IMG/VR virus record: IMGVR_UViG_3300042695_001243
Location: 182-64,181 of that record
Direction: 5' to 3' (one strand)
DNA from: a virus
Taxonomy: Duplodnaviria; Caudoviricetes
DNA: 64,000 nt
The notes under the pieces were generated by a model. It ran no database searches. It was not told the origin of the DNA and was given only the letters and a program-made list of their open reading frames with translations. Within the stretch, counting starts at the first letter, position 1. Every line of letters starts with the position of its first letter. Of the stretch, positions 1-8,478 are shown in pieces. The position numbers and the translations under genes are program-made.

Positions 1-292
1 GCAACATCTGTCCGACTTGTGCTTTCAACGGCAAGCAACCATCAGCCCAATGGTGACTGACAAGTACGGGCGCACAGTGGGCGATGTTGAGTGCCAAGGC
101 CGTGACGTTGCCACCGAGCAAGTTCGCGCGGGCATGGCTTGGTACTACGTCAAGTACGGCAAGGGCTACGAGCAGCTGCAAGCTGTTGAGCAGGCAGCGC
201 GGCAAGCTGGCCGGGGGTTGTGGTCGATGCACGCCGAGCCGCCGTGGGAGTGGCGCAAGCAAATCAATTCAACACAAGGAGACAAGCCATGA
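1..292 (+). CDS. Thermonuclease (SNase-like), C-terminal part; N-terminus is at 63860-64000
   Basis: Frame open from base 2 (QHLSDLCFQ...); DKYGRTVG, VRAGMAWYY, GRGLW, PPWEWRK motifs. Confidence 0.85.
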   Translation, partial: QHLSDLCFQRQATISPMVTDKYGRTVGDVECQGRDVATEQVRAGMAWYYVKYGKGYEQLQAVEQAARQAGRGLWSMHAEPPWEWRKQINSTQGDKP

Positions 293-705
293 CACAACCC
301 GAAGCACTACGACTGGCTGATGCGCTGGAGGCGACAGACCAGATGCACGCCAATGCTGACCTGACAAGCGCGGAGGTTGCCGCCGAACTGCGCCGACTTC
401 ACGCTTATTGCCGCGATCTTGAATCGCATGATGGTGTGACCATTGACCTGCTAAACGAGCGAGTTGCCTACCTTGAAGCACAGGCAGCGCCAGCGGAATG
501 CCACCACCGCCCACCGTGCGCCGAGTGCGTGGTGGCCGAACTGGCAGAAAAACTGCGAAATCCTCTTGTATTTCAATGGGATAGCGGGGTGGCCGATGTG
601 GCGCTCGCAGCACCCCAGCCCGAGGCACAGGCCGTAAGCAAGCCAACACGAACAGTCACCTATGTTTGTCCTGTATGCGATGCTGGTTTGGAGAGACAAG
701 AATGA
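289..705 (+). CDS. Hypothetical phage protein
   Basis: ATG 289 after AGGAG; overlaps neighbours ATGA-style; C-terminal CPVC. Confidence 0.6.
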   Translation: MTQPEALRLADALEATDQMHANADLTSAEVAAELRRLHAYCRDLESHDGVTIDLLNERVAYLEAQAAPAECHHRPPCAECVVAELAEKLRNPLVFQWDSGVADVALAAPQPEAQAVSKPTRTVTYVCPVCDAGLERQE

Positions 706-899
706 AAACCATCGAACGAATTTTGTGCGCGTTGTTTGGTCACAAATATGTTGTGCATCGTGTATTCAATCCCGGTGCTCGACAAGTCGGCTGCACAAGA
801 TGCAATCGCAAGTGGGCCATGCACGACAACACGCGGTCGTTTATAGATTGGGACGGCGAGCTTGAATCTATGTACCGCAGTTTTGGGCAATGGAAATGA
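702..899 (+). CDS. Small Zn-binding prophage protein (DUF1660-like)
   Basis: LCALFGHKY...CTRC pattern; ATGA overlap. Confidence 0.55.
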   Translation: MKTIERILCALFGHKYVVHRVFNPGARQVGCTRCNRKWAMHDNTRSFIDWDGELESMYRSFGQWK

Positions 900-1306
900 A
901 AACATGCCGCACATGCAACCAACCTAAGCCCGCCGAAGCGTACCGAGGCACCCGCAGCATGTGCCTTGCATGTGAACACGCGCGGAAGCGCCAGTGGTAC
1001 GCGGCGCAGACTGTCAAGCCACACCAGCGCGAGGATAACAAGGCGTACTACCGCAATTGGTACGCGGCCCATGCAAACACGGTGAAGGCCCGCGCCGCAG
1101 AGTGGGCCAAGGCCAACCCAGACAAGCGGCGCGATGTGTGCCGCGAAAACATGGCCCGCCAGCGCGGCAAGCTGAACGACGCATACGTGCGCCGGATGCT
1201 GGCTGCAAGCATGGGACTGAAATCCGCAGACATCCCGCAACCGCTGGTTGACGCCCAGCGCGAGCTACTCAAGATAAAGAGGTACATCAGTGAAAACAGC
1301 AAGTGA
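896..1306 (+). CDS. Hypothetical basic protein with CxxC pairs
   Basis: MKTCRTC...CLAC; coupled to neighbours. Confidence 0.6.
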   Translation: MKTCRTCNQPKPAEAYRGTRSMCLACEHARKRQWYAAQTVKPHQREDNKAYYRNWYAAHANTVKARAAEWAKANPDKRRDVCRENMARQRGKLNDAYVRRMLAASMGLKSADIPQPLVDAQRELLKIKRYISENSK

Positions 1307-1496
1307 GCTACGCGCCGAACTGGCGCAGGTATTCGATCAACTCAAGGCCGGGGCAATCAAGCCCAGCGAAGCCGCAGAGCTTGCCAATCTAGCCGGGAAG
1401 ATGATCGCATCGGCCAAGGTGCAAGTGGAGTACGCAGCGCTGCGAAAGGACGTTCCCGAAATCTCATTTTTAAAGGATGACAGCCATGTGGCCTGA
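1290..1496 (+). CDS. Hypothetical phage protein
   Basis: GTG start after GAGG; 68 aa, in operon. Confidence 0.6.
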   Translation: MKTASELRAELAQVFDQLKAGAIKPSEAAELANLAGKMIASAKVQVEYAALRKDVPEISFLKDDSHVA

Positions 1497-1623
1497 CGAC
1501 GAAAAAGAAACACCCCCTGTCGCTCCGCTCGCACCGCCCGCACCGCCGGCTGACGACAACGATTTCCCACTGGGCAAAGCATGCGACCTGTCAGATGACG
1601 GCTCATGCGAAGCCTGCCAGTAA
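1486..1623 (+). CDS. 45-aa acidic/Pro-rich peptide ending KACDLSDDGSCEACQ (not in ORF track)
   Basis: AAGGA RBS, ATG 1486, TAA 1621-1623. Confidence 0.65.
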   Translation: MWPDDEKETPPVAPLAPPAPPADDNDFPLGKACDLSDDGSCEACQ

Positions 1624-1665
1624 CCAGTATCCGGGCACGCTATGGCATCACCAAAGGAGAACCAC

Positions 1666-1899
1666 ATGGACAGAACGCACCCTGACTCGGGCCGCATAGT
1701 GACCACTGGGGATGTGCTCAACGACATGCTGGATGAAATCGAGCAACTGCGCGAGCAACAGCGGCAAGACACCGAGCTGATCCGGCAGATGCTGGAGGCG
1801 CTTGGGGTTGCGACAACGCCGCTGACAAAAGACAGGCAAGAGGTTCTTGCAGCAATCGCCGCAGTAAAGGCGCGGCTGGGAGAAACCAATGTCACGTAG
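1666..1899 (+). CDS. Hypothetical coiled-coil protein
   Basis: AAGGAG RBS before ATG 1666. Confidence 0.6.
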   Translation: MDRTHPDSGRIVTTGDVLNDMLDEIEQLREQQRQDTELIRQMLEALGVATTPLTKDRQEVLAAIAAVKARLGETNVT

Positions 1900-2011
1900 A
1901 GCAAGACAGCGCGGAGATAAGCACGACCGCTGGCAAGACGAACGAGATAGAGACGACGAAGACATACCGGATCGTGACGACGATCCCGAACCCGACACCA
2001 ACTTTTACTAG
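1889..2011 (+). CDS. 40-aa peptide, basic N-terminus and acidic C-terminus
   Basis: GGAG RBS, ATG 1889, TAG directly before a terminator. Confidence 0.45.
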   Translation: MSRRARQRGDKHDRWQDERDRDDEDIPDRDDDPEPDTNFY

Positions 2012-2032
2012 CCCCTTTTAAGGGGCTTTTTT
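2010..2032 (+). terminator. Intrinsic terminator
   Basis: AGCCCC-ttttaa-GGGGCT followed by T run. Confidence 0.7.
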
Positions 2033-2044
2033 ATTGGGGGAAGC

Positions 2045-2887
2045 ATGAAGCCACAAATTTTGCTGGTCACGCCAAGCATGGCCGAAGCATGGCTAAAGCT
2101 AAACGTGAGAAATCGCAGGCCGCGTAGATGGTGGGCAGAGGCGCTAGCAGCCGCCATGCGGCGAGGGGAGTGGAAGGCCACACATCAAGGCATTGCGTTT
2201 GCAACAAGTGGAAAGCTTATCGACGGGCAACACCGCCTCATGGCGATTCTGAAATCGGGTATTTCGCAATCAATGCTAGTTGTGCATGACGTTCCCGACG
2301 AAGCTTTTTCCGTTATGGACATTGGCGTTAAACGCTCTATTTCTGACACGACAGGGCTATCCAAAAAGACCGCCGAGGCATGTCGATTCGCAGCGGCAAT
2401 TGTCAATGGTGGATCAGTAACACCACAGCAAGTGACCGAAGTTGCAGAAGGCGGGCTTGCGGAAGTGCATGAAAGATTGCTAGAGGCGTGCAATAGCAGT
2501 ACGACGCTTTTCACATCAGCGCCGATGCGCGTTGCCGCTTGCATTCAGATCATGGACGGGCACCCGGAAGACTACATCCTCAGTTTGTATCGCAAATTGG
2601 CCTTGCGAAACTTTGAGGAACTCCCCCAGATTGGGTATGCGTTTGTGAGACAAGTCACAGGGGGCAAGGTGACCTCCACCAGCCAAGTTCAAGGCGAGTT
2701 GCTTGCCAGGGCATTGAAGCTTTTTAACCCGGACTACAGCAACGTAAGCCGCGTGCAAGTGGGCGAGGGTGATCCGTCAGCGGCACTTGCAATGGTGCGG
2801 GCAATACTGCGGCGAAGTCTCGCAGACGATGACCTAAAACACCAGCAAAAGCAGCACACCAACACAGCAACCACACAGCCCGCCTAG
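2045..2887 (+). CDS. ParB/Srx-like N-terminal domain protein
   Basis: VTPSMAEAWL..N.RNR and LIDGQHRL motifs. Confidence 0.7.
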   Translation: MKPQILLVTPSMAEAWLKLNVRNRRPRRWWAEALAAAMRRGEWKATHQGIAFATSGKLIDGQHRLMAILKSGISQSMLVVHDVPDEAFSVMDIGVKRSISDTTGLSKKTAEACRFAAAIVNGGSVTPQQVTEVAEGGLAEVHERLLEACNSSTTLFTSAPMRVAACIQIMDGHPEDYILSLYRKLALRNFEELPQIGYAFVRQVTGGKVTSTSQVQGELLARALKLFNPDYSNVSRVQVGEGDPSAALAMVRAILRRSLADDDLKHQQKQHTNTATTQPA

Positions 2888-2900
2888 CGGGCTTTTTTTT
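2877..2900 (+). terminator. Intrinsic terminator
   Basis: AGCCCGC-cta-GCGGGCT + T run. Confidence 0.75.
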
Positions 2901-2955
2901 CGCCTGGAGGAATCACATGCGATTCCTTGTATGCCGGAACAGAAATGAGGATGAT

Positions 2956-3183
2956 ATGAGCCAAACCTTCTTAACTGCCCAGGAAATTGCAGAGCTGACC
3001 GGTGTCCTCACGGGCAAGGACCGCAAAACCAGGGAGCAGCGGCAAGTCGATGCCCTGAAGAAAATGAAGATCCCGCACTACGTCAACGCTCGGGGGCGGC
3101 CCATCGTGGCGCGTGCCATCATCGAGGGGGGCAGCGCACAGCCGGCAGAAAAGCCAAGTAGCTGGGAACCAGCCTTCGCCTGA
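2956..3183 (+). CDS. Excisionase-like protein (DUF4224-like)
   Basis: FLTAQEIAELTG...GRPIVAR...W.P; directly upstream of integrase. Confidence 0.7.
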   Translation: MSQTFLTAQEIAELTGVLTGKDRKTREQRQVDALKKMKIPHYVNARGRPIVARAIIEGGSAQPAEKPSSWEPAFA

Positions 3184-3188
3184 TTGCC

Positions 3189-4193
3189 ATGCAACACTTT
3201 CGAGCCCGCCGCCAAAAGAGCGGCACGATCTACTACTACTTCGACGCGGGGGGAAAACCGCGCAAGGAAATACCGCTAGGCAAGGACTACGTAGTCGCGG
3301 TACGCAAGTGGACTCAGCTCATGGCTGAAGCCGCTCCTGCCGTGGTTACGTTCGCCGACCTGGCCGACAAGTACGAGCGCGAGGTCATCCCGCTCAAGGC
3401 CAAAAGCACCCAGACGCTACAGCGCTTCGACCTCAAGGCGCTGCGGGAGTTTTTTTGCACGCCAGCACCCGCACCGCTGGATCAAATCAAGCCAAGCCAC
3501 ATTCACAAAATGCTGCAGTGGAAAAAAGATCAGCCGACCACTGCAAACCGCCTCAAACGGCAATTCAGCCATATGTTCAACATGGCCCGCGCCTGGGGAT
3601 ATACCGAGGCGACAAACCCGGTAACTGGCATCAGAGGATTCGCCCTGGCCAAGCGAGAAAACTACATCACTGACGAGGTGTTCAAGGCTGTGTGGGATTG
3701 CGCCACACCACCACTCAGGGATGCTATGGACCTTGCTTATCTGACAGGCCAGCGGCCTGGTGATGCCCTGCGCATGACCGAGCGGGACATTGTGGATGGA
3801 ATGCTTCTTGTGGAGCAGGGGAAAACCGGGGCCAAGCTGCGCATCCGGGTAGAGGGCAAACTAGCCGCATTGCTCAAGCGCATCAAAGCCCGCAAGGACG
3901 TTTACAAGGTCTGGAGTGCAAACCTCACCGTGAACACTAGAGGCATGCCGCTGACAGCAAACACCCTGCGCAACCTTTTTGACACCGCACGCGTGGCTGC
4001 TGCAACAGCACACCCAGAACTGGCCACACAGATCAAAGCCATGCGCTTTTACGACCTGCGCGCCAAGGCAGCCGACGATGTTTCTGACGAGCACGGGGAA
4101 CAGGCGGCAGCGAACCTTCTAGGCCACGACAGTGTCACCACCACCCAGCGCCACTACCTGCGAAAAGGCCGCGTTGTCGGCCCGACAAAGTGA
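3189..4193 (+). CDS. int: Tyrosine integrase
   Basis: TGQRPGD (R), QGKT (K), YDLRAKA (R), LLGH, RHY catalytic pattern; adjacent to tRNA fragment. Confidence 0.93.
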   Translation: MQHFRARRQKSGTIYYYFDAGGKPRKEIPLGKDYVVAVRKWTQLMAEAAPAVVTFADLADKYEREVIPLKAKSTQTLQRFDLKALREFFCTPAPAPLDQIKPSHIHKMLQWKKDQPTTANRLKRQFSHMFNMARAWGYTEATNPVTGIRGFALAKRENYITDEVFKAVWDCATPPLRDAMDLAYLTGQRPGDALRMTERDIVDGMLLVEQGKTGAKLRIRVEGKLAALLKRIKARKDVYKVWSANLTVNTRGMPLTANTLRNLFDTARVAAATAHPELATQIKAMRFYDLRAKAADDVSDEHGEQAAANLLGHDSVTTTQRHYLRKGRVVGPTK

Positions 4194-4292
4194 CCCGCAC
4201 GGGTATGATCCGCGCATGATGATTTGGCGAAAATGCGGAGCGCTCCGCATCAATAATCAAAAACCATAGCATCAAACACTTTGTTTATGCGG

Positions 4293-4332
4293 CTGCCCGT
4301 AGCTCAACTGGATAGAGCAATAGCCTTCTAAG
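4293..4332 (+). tRNA. 5' half of tRNA-Arg(TCT), att identity block; not a complete gene
   Basis: CTGCCCG-TAGCTCAACTGGATAGAGC-A-ATAGC-CTTCTAA-G then similarity stops; no T arm. Confidence 0.85.
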
Positions 4333-4388
4333 TTGCCCAGGAATGCAAGGATTCATGCGGGTTACAGCCCGATTTTTGCTCCGCAAAC

Positions 4389-4404
4389 CTGTATAAAAAC
4401 ACAG
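4389..4404. promoter_or_regulatory. LexA (SOS) box
   Basis: CTGTATAAAAACACAG fits CTGT-N8-ACAG. Confidence 0.65.
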
Positions 4405-4602
4405 TGCTTTAACCCGCATTCTGCCGTGCAAGGCACCCCGTTTGCGGAGCAAAACTGTATGAAAAAAGCACGCCTTGCGCGTGCATTTTTAGGGGTGTGA
4501 TTGGGAGGCTGGGTGGCGCAGGCGTGGCGGCTTAGGCTGGGGAACTAAGAAGGGCAAAAATTCACGGTAGTATCAATTTACACAATCTACCGTTGGAGAC
4601 CT

Positions 4603-5136
4603 ATGGAATTCCGCAGAATTGAACCTGCCGACTATGACGCAACGCTGGCCAAATGGATGGCCGAGGCGGAGTCTGGTGATCTTTTTCCAAATGAGGTGCA
4701 ACAGCGCCTGAACTGGATACCTGAGACTTTCTTGCCTGCCGACGGCCAAAGCCAGAAGCAACTGGCTTATGGGGTTTTTCAGCGCGATAGCAACATTGCC
4801 ATTGCAACGTGCGAACTTATTTTGGCGGATAGCGGCGCGCTTGCCGAACGGTGGCTAAAGATGCTCAAGGTGACCTTATCTCCCGAGATTGAGCTTGCGG
4901 TCCAATCGGATGATATGGAAGCCACCGATGTCGCGGTCAACGCCTACAAGGCAGCGGTGCTCGGATCCTTCCATGTGCGATTGACTCACGACGCTGATAC
5001 ACTCAAACTGTACGGGCGCAATGATGAACTCTTGCGCTTTTTGATGGTCTTATTGGTCACCATAGGCCAAGATCCATCAAGCAAACTTTCTGCCAAGAAA
5101 GAAGGCCGTTGGTTGGTTATCAAATCACTGGAGTAG
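4603..5136 (+). CDS. Hypothetical moron protein (177 aa)
   Basis: GGAG RBS; opposite strand to lysis genes. Confidence 0.75.
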   Translation: MEFRRIEPADYDATLAKWMAEAESGDLFPNEVQQRLNWIPETFLPADGQSQKQLAYGVFQRDSNIAIATCELILADSGALAERWLKMLKVTLSPEIELAVQSDDMEATDVAVNAYKAAVLGSFHVRLTHDADTLKLYGRNDELLRFLMVLLVTIGQDPSSKLSAKKEGRWLVIKSLE

Positions 5137-5141
5137 GAAAA

Positions 5142-5300
5142 ATGAAAAAGACCCTGGCTAGCACAAAGTTCATCAATAGGATGAATGACGAGGCTGCGCG
5201 CCTGCGAGCCCTGTCCACGGCGCTGGATAAGGCAGTTGAGCAGTTCGGGGCGAACCGATTGGCCGCAACCATGCTTAGCCCAAACAAGACTCCAGCATAA
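5142..5300 (+). CDS. Hypothetical 52-aa protein
   Basis: ATG 5142 after AGGA; followed by terminator. Confidence 0.55.
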   Translation: MKKTLASTKFINRMNDEAARLRALSTALDKAVEQFGANRLAATMLSPNKTPA

Positions 5301-5318
5301 AGCCCAGTAGTTCAAAGC

Positions 5319-5341
5319 AAGCCACCTCCGGGTGGCTTTTT
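5319..5341 (+). terminator. Intrinsic terminator
   Basis: AAGCCACC-tccg-GGTGGCTT + T run. Confidence 0.75.
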
Positions 5342-5363
5342 CATGCCGACTGCAACCGCTAGT

Positions 5364-5819
5364 TTAGGGGTGTGATTGGCTCACTGGCCAGGCTTCGATG
5401 ATGGCTCTGACATCAGCCGCGTGGCCATCTGCTTTGCCCGCCAGTTCTTGATAGCGTCGGCTGCAGTCAACGAGTAGCTCACCTGTGGTAGTGGCGTACT
5501 CAGCGACGGCAGTGGCGGAAGCTGTGGTGATGCGGTGGTCGGCCTCTCTGAGTTGGTCGCGCAACCCATTAAGTTCAGAACCAGCAGCAGCAAGATCACG
5601 GCGCAAAGTGGTTTCACGGACACGAGCGGCATTGAGGGCTCCTTGGTATTTGTCGGTCATGGCGGCATAGATGCGCCGGGCTTCTTCGTCGGCGAGTTGG
5701 TCGGCTTTGAGATGTTCGGCCTCTTTGCTAGCCCAGCGCCACTCCTGCACTTTCCAGGTGCCGACGCTGGCCAGTGCTGCGCCTGCAAGGGCGGCATATA
5801 TCAATGGAATCGGGGTCAT
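5364..5819 (-). CDS. Rz-like inner-membrane spanin
   Basis: N-terminal TM, coiled coil, follows endolysin, embeds a lipoprotein ORF. Confidence 0.75.
   Translation of the reverse strand: MTPIPLIYAALAGAALASVGTWKVQEWRWASKEAEHLKADQLADEEARRIYAAMTDKYQGALNAARVRETTLRRDLAAAGSELNGLRDQLREADHRITTASATAVAEYATTTGELLVDCSRRYQELAGKADGHAADVRAIIEAWPVSQSHP
5381..5632 (-). CDS. Rz1-like outer-membrane lipoprotein spanin (embedded)
   Basis: Hydrophobic signal + LMGC lipobox, Pro-rich mature part, alternate frame inside Rz. Confidence 0.75.
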   Translation of the reverse strand: MPLVSVKPLCAVILLLLVLNLMGCATNSERPTTASPQLPPLPSLSTPLPQVSYSLTAADAIKNWRAKQMATRLMSEPSSKPGQ

Positions 5820-6631
5820 GCCCACCCCTGTCTGCGCTGGTTGACGCGCTCCCACACGATGTAACCAACGGCAGCCACAGCAACGATGAGCAGGATGGGA
5901 ACAATCCAGTCCTGAATGTCATCGACGCCGCGCTTGATGTAGCCCACGGTATTGACCGTCTCAGCCACCGTAGCCACCGTGGCGGTGCCGCCAGCAATGA
6001 CGCCGGCCCGGTTGATCGAACTTGCCACCATAGGCCGCTCGGCGTCAACTGACTGCGGCATCACATCTGGCGGCTCAATCTCCTTCGGAGCCTCCACCGG
6101 CGCAGCCACGGGCTTGAGGTACAGGGCCGACTCTGCTGCGCGGCGTGTTTCTAACCCCGGCGAGACTTCACCGCCCGCTTTGTTCCATAAGCGGAAAGCC
6201 CGCGCCGCTGCCAGCTTGTCGTTGCGGTTGTGGCACTTCACCACGGTTGATCGTTTGAACCCACCGATGCCGATGTTCCAGGCCAGCACTACCATGGCTG
6301 CAAGTTCGTTTTCGTTTGGAGCAATGGAGCAGGCAGACTTCACGCCGGAGACATATTCCCGCAGCTCCGCATCCAACCGCGCATCGGCTTCAGCCACCGT
6401 CATCCGGTCGCCCTCTTTCACTCCTTTGGTGAAGCCATAGCCGATAGTCCACGGGTTGCCACTGAGCGCGGTCATGGACTGTGGCAGGGCGAAGGGCGCC
6501 CGCAGATACTTGCGCCACATCCCGGCAGCGCGCAGCGCTTTCCCGAGGGCGGAATAAGGGTCAGGGTAGGCATGGCCTACAAAGCTCTCGCTTTCGTGCA
6601 GCAGTGCGATGCCAGCGCGGTTGATGGTCAT
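5816..6631 (-). CDS. Endolysin, GH24 lysozyme, with C-terminal hydrophobic extension
   Basis: E..AYPD..WTIGYG, AWNIG, WNKAGG..GLETRRAAE motifs. Confidence 0.88.
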   Translation of the reverse strand: MTINRAGIALLHESESFVGHAYPDPYSALGKALRAAGMWRKYLRAPFALPQSMTALSGNPWTIGYGFTKGVKEGDRMTVAEADARLDAELREYVSGVKSACSIAPNENELAAMVVLAWNIGIGGFKRSTVVKCHNRNDKLAAARAFRLWNKAGGEVSPGLETRRAAESALYLKPVAAPVEAPKEIEPPDVMPQSVDAERPMVASSINRAGVIAGGTATVATVAETVNTVGYIKRGVDDIQDWIVPILLIVAVAAVGYIVWERVNQRRQGWA

Positions 6632-6632
6632 G

Positions 6633-7049
6633 TCAGAACAGCTTGTTGATGATCTTGGGCGCAATCAGAGCGATCAGTCCAACAACCGCCGCGTACACCC
6701 AGCTTGATGCCTGCTTGTAGAGTGGGGCCGTCGCCTCCAGAGCATCAATGCGGCGCTCCATCCCCTGACAAATTTCTCGGTTCGCCGTGTTGTAGCCCTC
6801 CAACTTCGCTTCGAGCGACTCGATCACCTTGAACGCTCGCCCCTGCGCGGTCTGGGTGTTGGCTTGCCGCTCCTCAATCAGGATCAGTTTGGAGAACGCT
6901 GCGGCCATTTCCTTTTGCACGCCCTTAATCTCTTGCATGTCGCCATGCAGCGTGTCCAGACGGGCCGCGATCAAGTGAACAATGGGATCGCGGGGAACTT
7001 CCGGGGTGAGAGGCGACATGCCGGAATTTGGAGTGGTTGTTGTTTTCAT
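6633..7049 (-). CDS. Coiled-coil protein with one C-terminal TM (holin/antiholin-like)
   Basis: Directly upstream of endolysin; TM WVYAAVVGLIALI; start uncertain. Confidence 0.55.
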   Translation of the reverse strand: MKTTTTPNSGMSPLTPEVPRDPIVHLIAARLDTLHGDMQEIKGVQKEMAAAFSKLILIEERQANTQTAQGRAFKVIESLEAKLEGYNTANREICQGMERRIDALEATAPLYKQASSWVYAAVVGLIALIAPKIINKLF

Positions 7050-7063
7050 GGTTGTTATGTCTG

Positions 7064-8431
7064 CTACTGACGAACGACGATTTCGGCTTTTGTGGTGACG
7101 ACCGACACAGCCGACGCGGGCAAGCGAACACTGACATCGCGGGTGAAATTTCGGGAAGTGACGCGCGCCTGTGCCTGCATTTGCGCGACGCTTATCACGT
7201 CATTGAGAACCACGCTCGACAAGAACCCAGATGTCAAGACCAGCGCGCTGACTGCCTGCACGTCATCGAGCCAGACAGCCATGTCTGCCGTAACCGGCAC
7301 GGTGGCAGCGCCCTGGGATGTGCAGTCGTGTAGGGCGGCTGCGGCCTCTATGCGGGCCAGCACGGCAGCCTGGGCCGATGCAATGACATCAGCCAGTTGT
7401 TCAGCGGCTTGCGCGAGGGCAGTGGCGGTGGCGGTGGATGTGCCGACCACTGCGTCAAGCGCTACCGACGACCCACCAGTGACCAAAACGGTAGCGGGCG
7501 AGACTACGGTCGCGTCGTCCAACAGTACGCTGCTTGATATGCCCGATGCACCACCAAGCGCTGACGTACCGACCGCATCATCGAGCGATACCGTACTGGC
7601 CGCGCGTACTGTGACCGCAGACGCCGACGTACCGACCACATCGTCCGCAGTAACAGCGCTGACCGCACGCACGGTGGCTGATGCAGCACCAGCGCCGACC
7701 GCATCATCCAGAGTAGCCGCCCCTGAGAAATTCCCTGGTAGTGGCGTCGGCGTTAGGGATGCGGAGGCGGTCAGTTCATCCAGCGCCGCTGTACTAGCCG
7801 CCCGCACCGTAATCGTTGCTGCGCTTGCACCCAGAACATCGTCCAGGGTGACCACACTCAAGAAATTCCCAGGCAGCGGCGTCGGTGTGAGGACTGCAAC
7901 ACCGGCCAGGTCGTCCAGCACCACCGCGCTAGAGGACTGCACAGCGACGGCGCCCGCACCAGCCCCGACAGCATCATCAAGCGCCACAGCACTGGTGAAC
8001 TGAGCCGGTATCACGGACAGCGAAACCACCGCCGTGCCTGTCACATCCACCAGCGTCTCACTCGATGCGCCCAGCACCGACACCTTGACTGCACTCGCGC
8101 CAGCGGCTTCATCCAGGATGACCGAGCTTGCCATCAGCGCACTGGCGGTGCCCGTTGCGGAAACGGATGCAGTACCAACAGCATCATCCAGCGTGGCAAA
8201 AGCAGAAAAAACGCCCGTCGAAACACCAGTTGGTGAAAGCTCAATGGTGACCGCGTTGTATGCAGGCGGAACGTAGGTACCGCTGAAATTGAAATTCACC
8301 GCGTTGTACGCGGGCGGGTAATACGCATTTGCTTGGTTTGCAACAGTGGCGCTCGCGCTCGCGCCAACACCGTCGAGGGTGACGGTGCTTGTCAGGAGCG
8401 GGCCAAATTGCTGACCAAAGACTGCGAGCAT
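7064..8431 (-). CDS. Repetitive Ala/Val/Ser/Thr-rich tail fibre/whisker-like protein
   Basis: Many imperfect repeats of the type SxVxLDDAVGxS. Confidence 0.65.
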   Translation of the reverse strand: MLAVFGQQFGPLLTSTVTLDGVGASASATVANQANAYYPPAYNAVNFNFSGTYVPPAYNAVTIELSPTGVSTGVFSAFATLDDAVGTASVSATGTASALMASSVILDEAAGASAVKVSVLGASSETLVDVTGTAVVSLSVIPAQFTSAVALDDAVGAGAGAVAVQSSSAVVLDDLAGVAVLTPTPLPGNFLSVVTLDDVLGASAATITVRAASTAALDELTASASLTPTPLPGNFSGAATLDDAVGAGAASATVRAVSAVTADDVVGTSASAVTVRAASTVSLDDAVGTSALGGASGISSSVLLDDATVVSPATVLVTGGSSVALDAVVGTSTATATALAQAAEQLADVIASAQAAVLARIEAAAALHDCTSQGAATVPVTADMAVWLDDVQAVSALVLTSGFLSSVVLNDVISVAQMQAQARVTSRNFTRDVSVRLPASAVSVVTTKAEIVVRQ

Positions 8432-8478
8432 GGTGTGGCTACCGGATCAGAGCCCTTGGCGGGTCACGTCATTGATGC

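Larger units (their letters stand above)
4233..4454. mobile_element. attP: attP region with arm-type repeats (TGCGGAGC)
   Basis: Palindrome ATGCGGAGCGCTCCGCAT 4233-4250; perfect 15-bp inverted pair 4374-4388/4440-4454 with the same core; repeats flank the tRNA fragment. Confidence 0.75.
4488..5379. repeat. 17-bp direct repeat TTTAGGGGTGTGATTGG at 4488-4504 and 5363-5379
   Basis: Exact match read from sequence; flanks a two-gene cassette. Confidence 0.8.

Noticed and set aside
4045-4065. Integrase inactivated because HxxR reads YDLR
   Set aside because: This His position is variable in tyrosine recombinases; other catalytic residues and the ORF are intact.
4293-4370. Complete tRNA gene
   Set aside because: No 3' anticodon stem, T arm or acceptor 3' strand after 4332.
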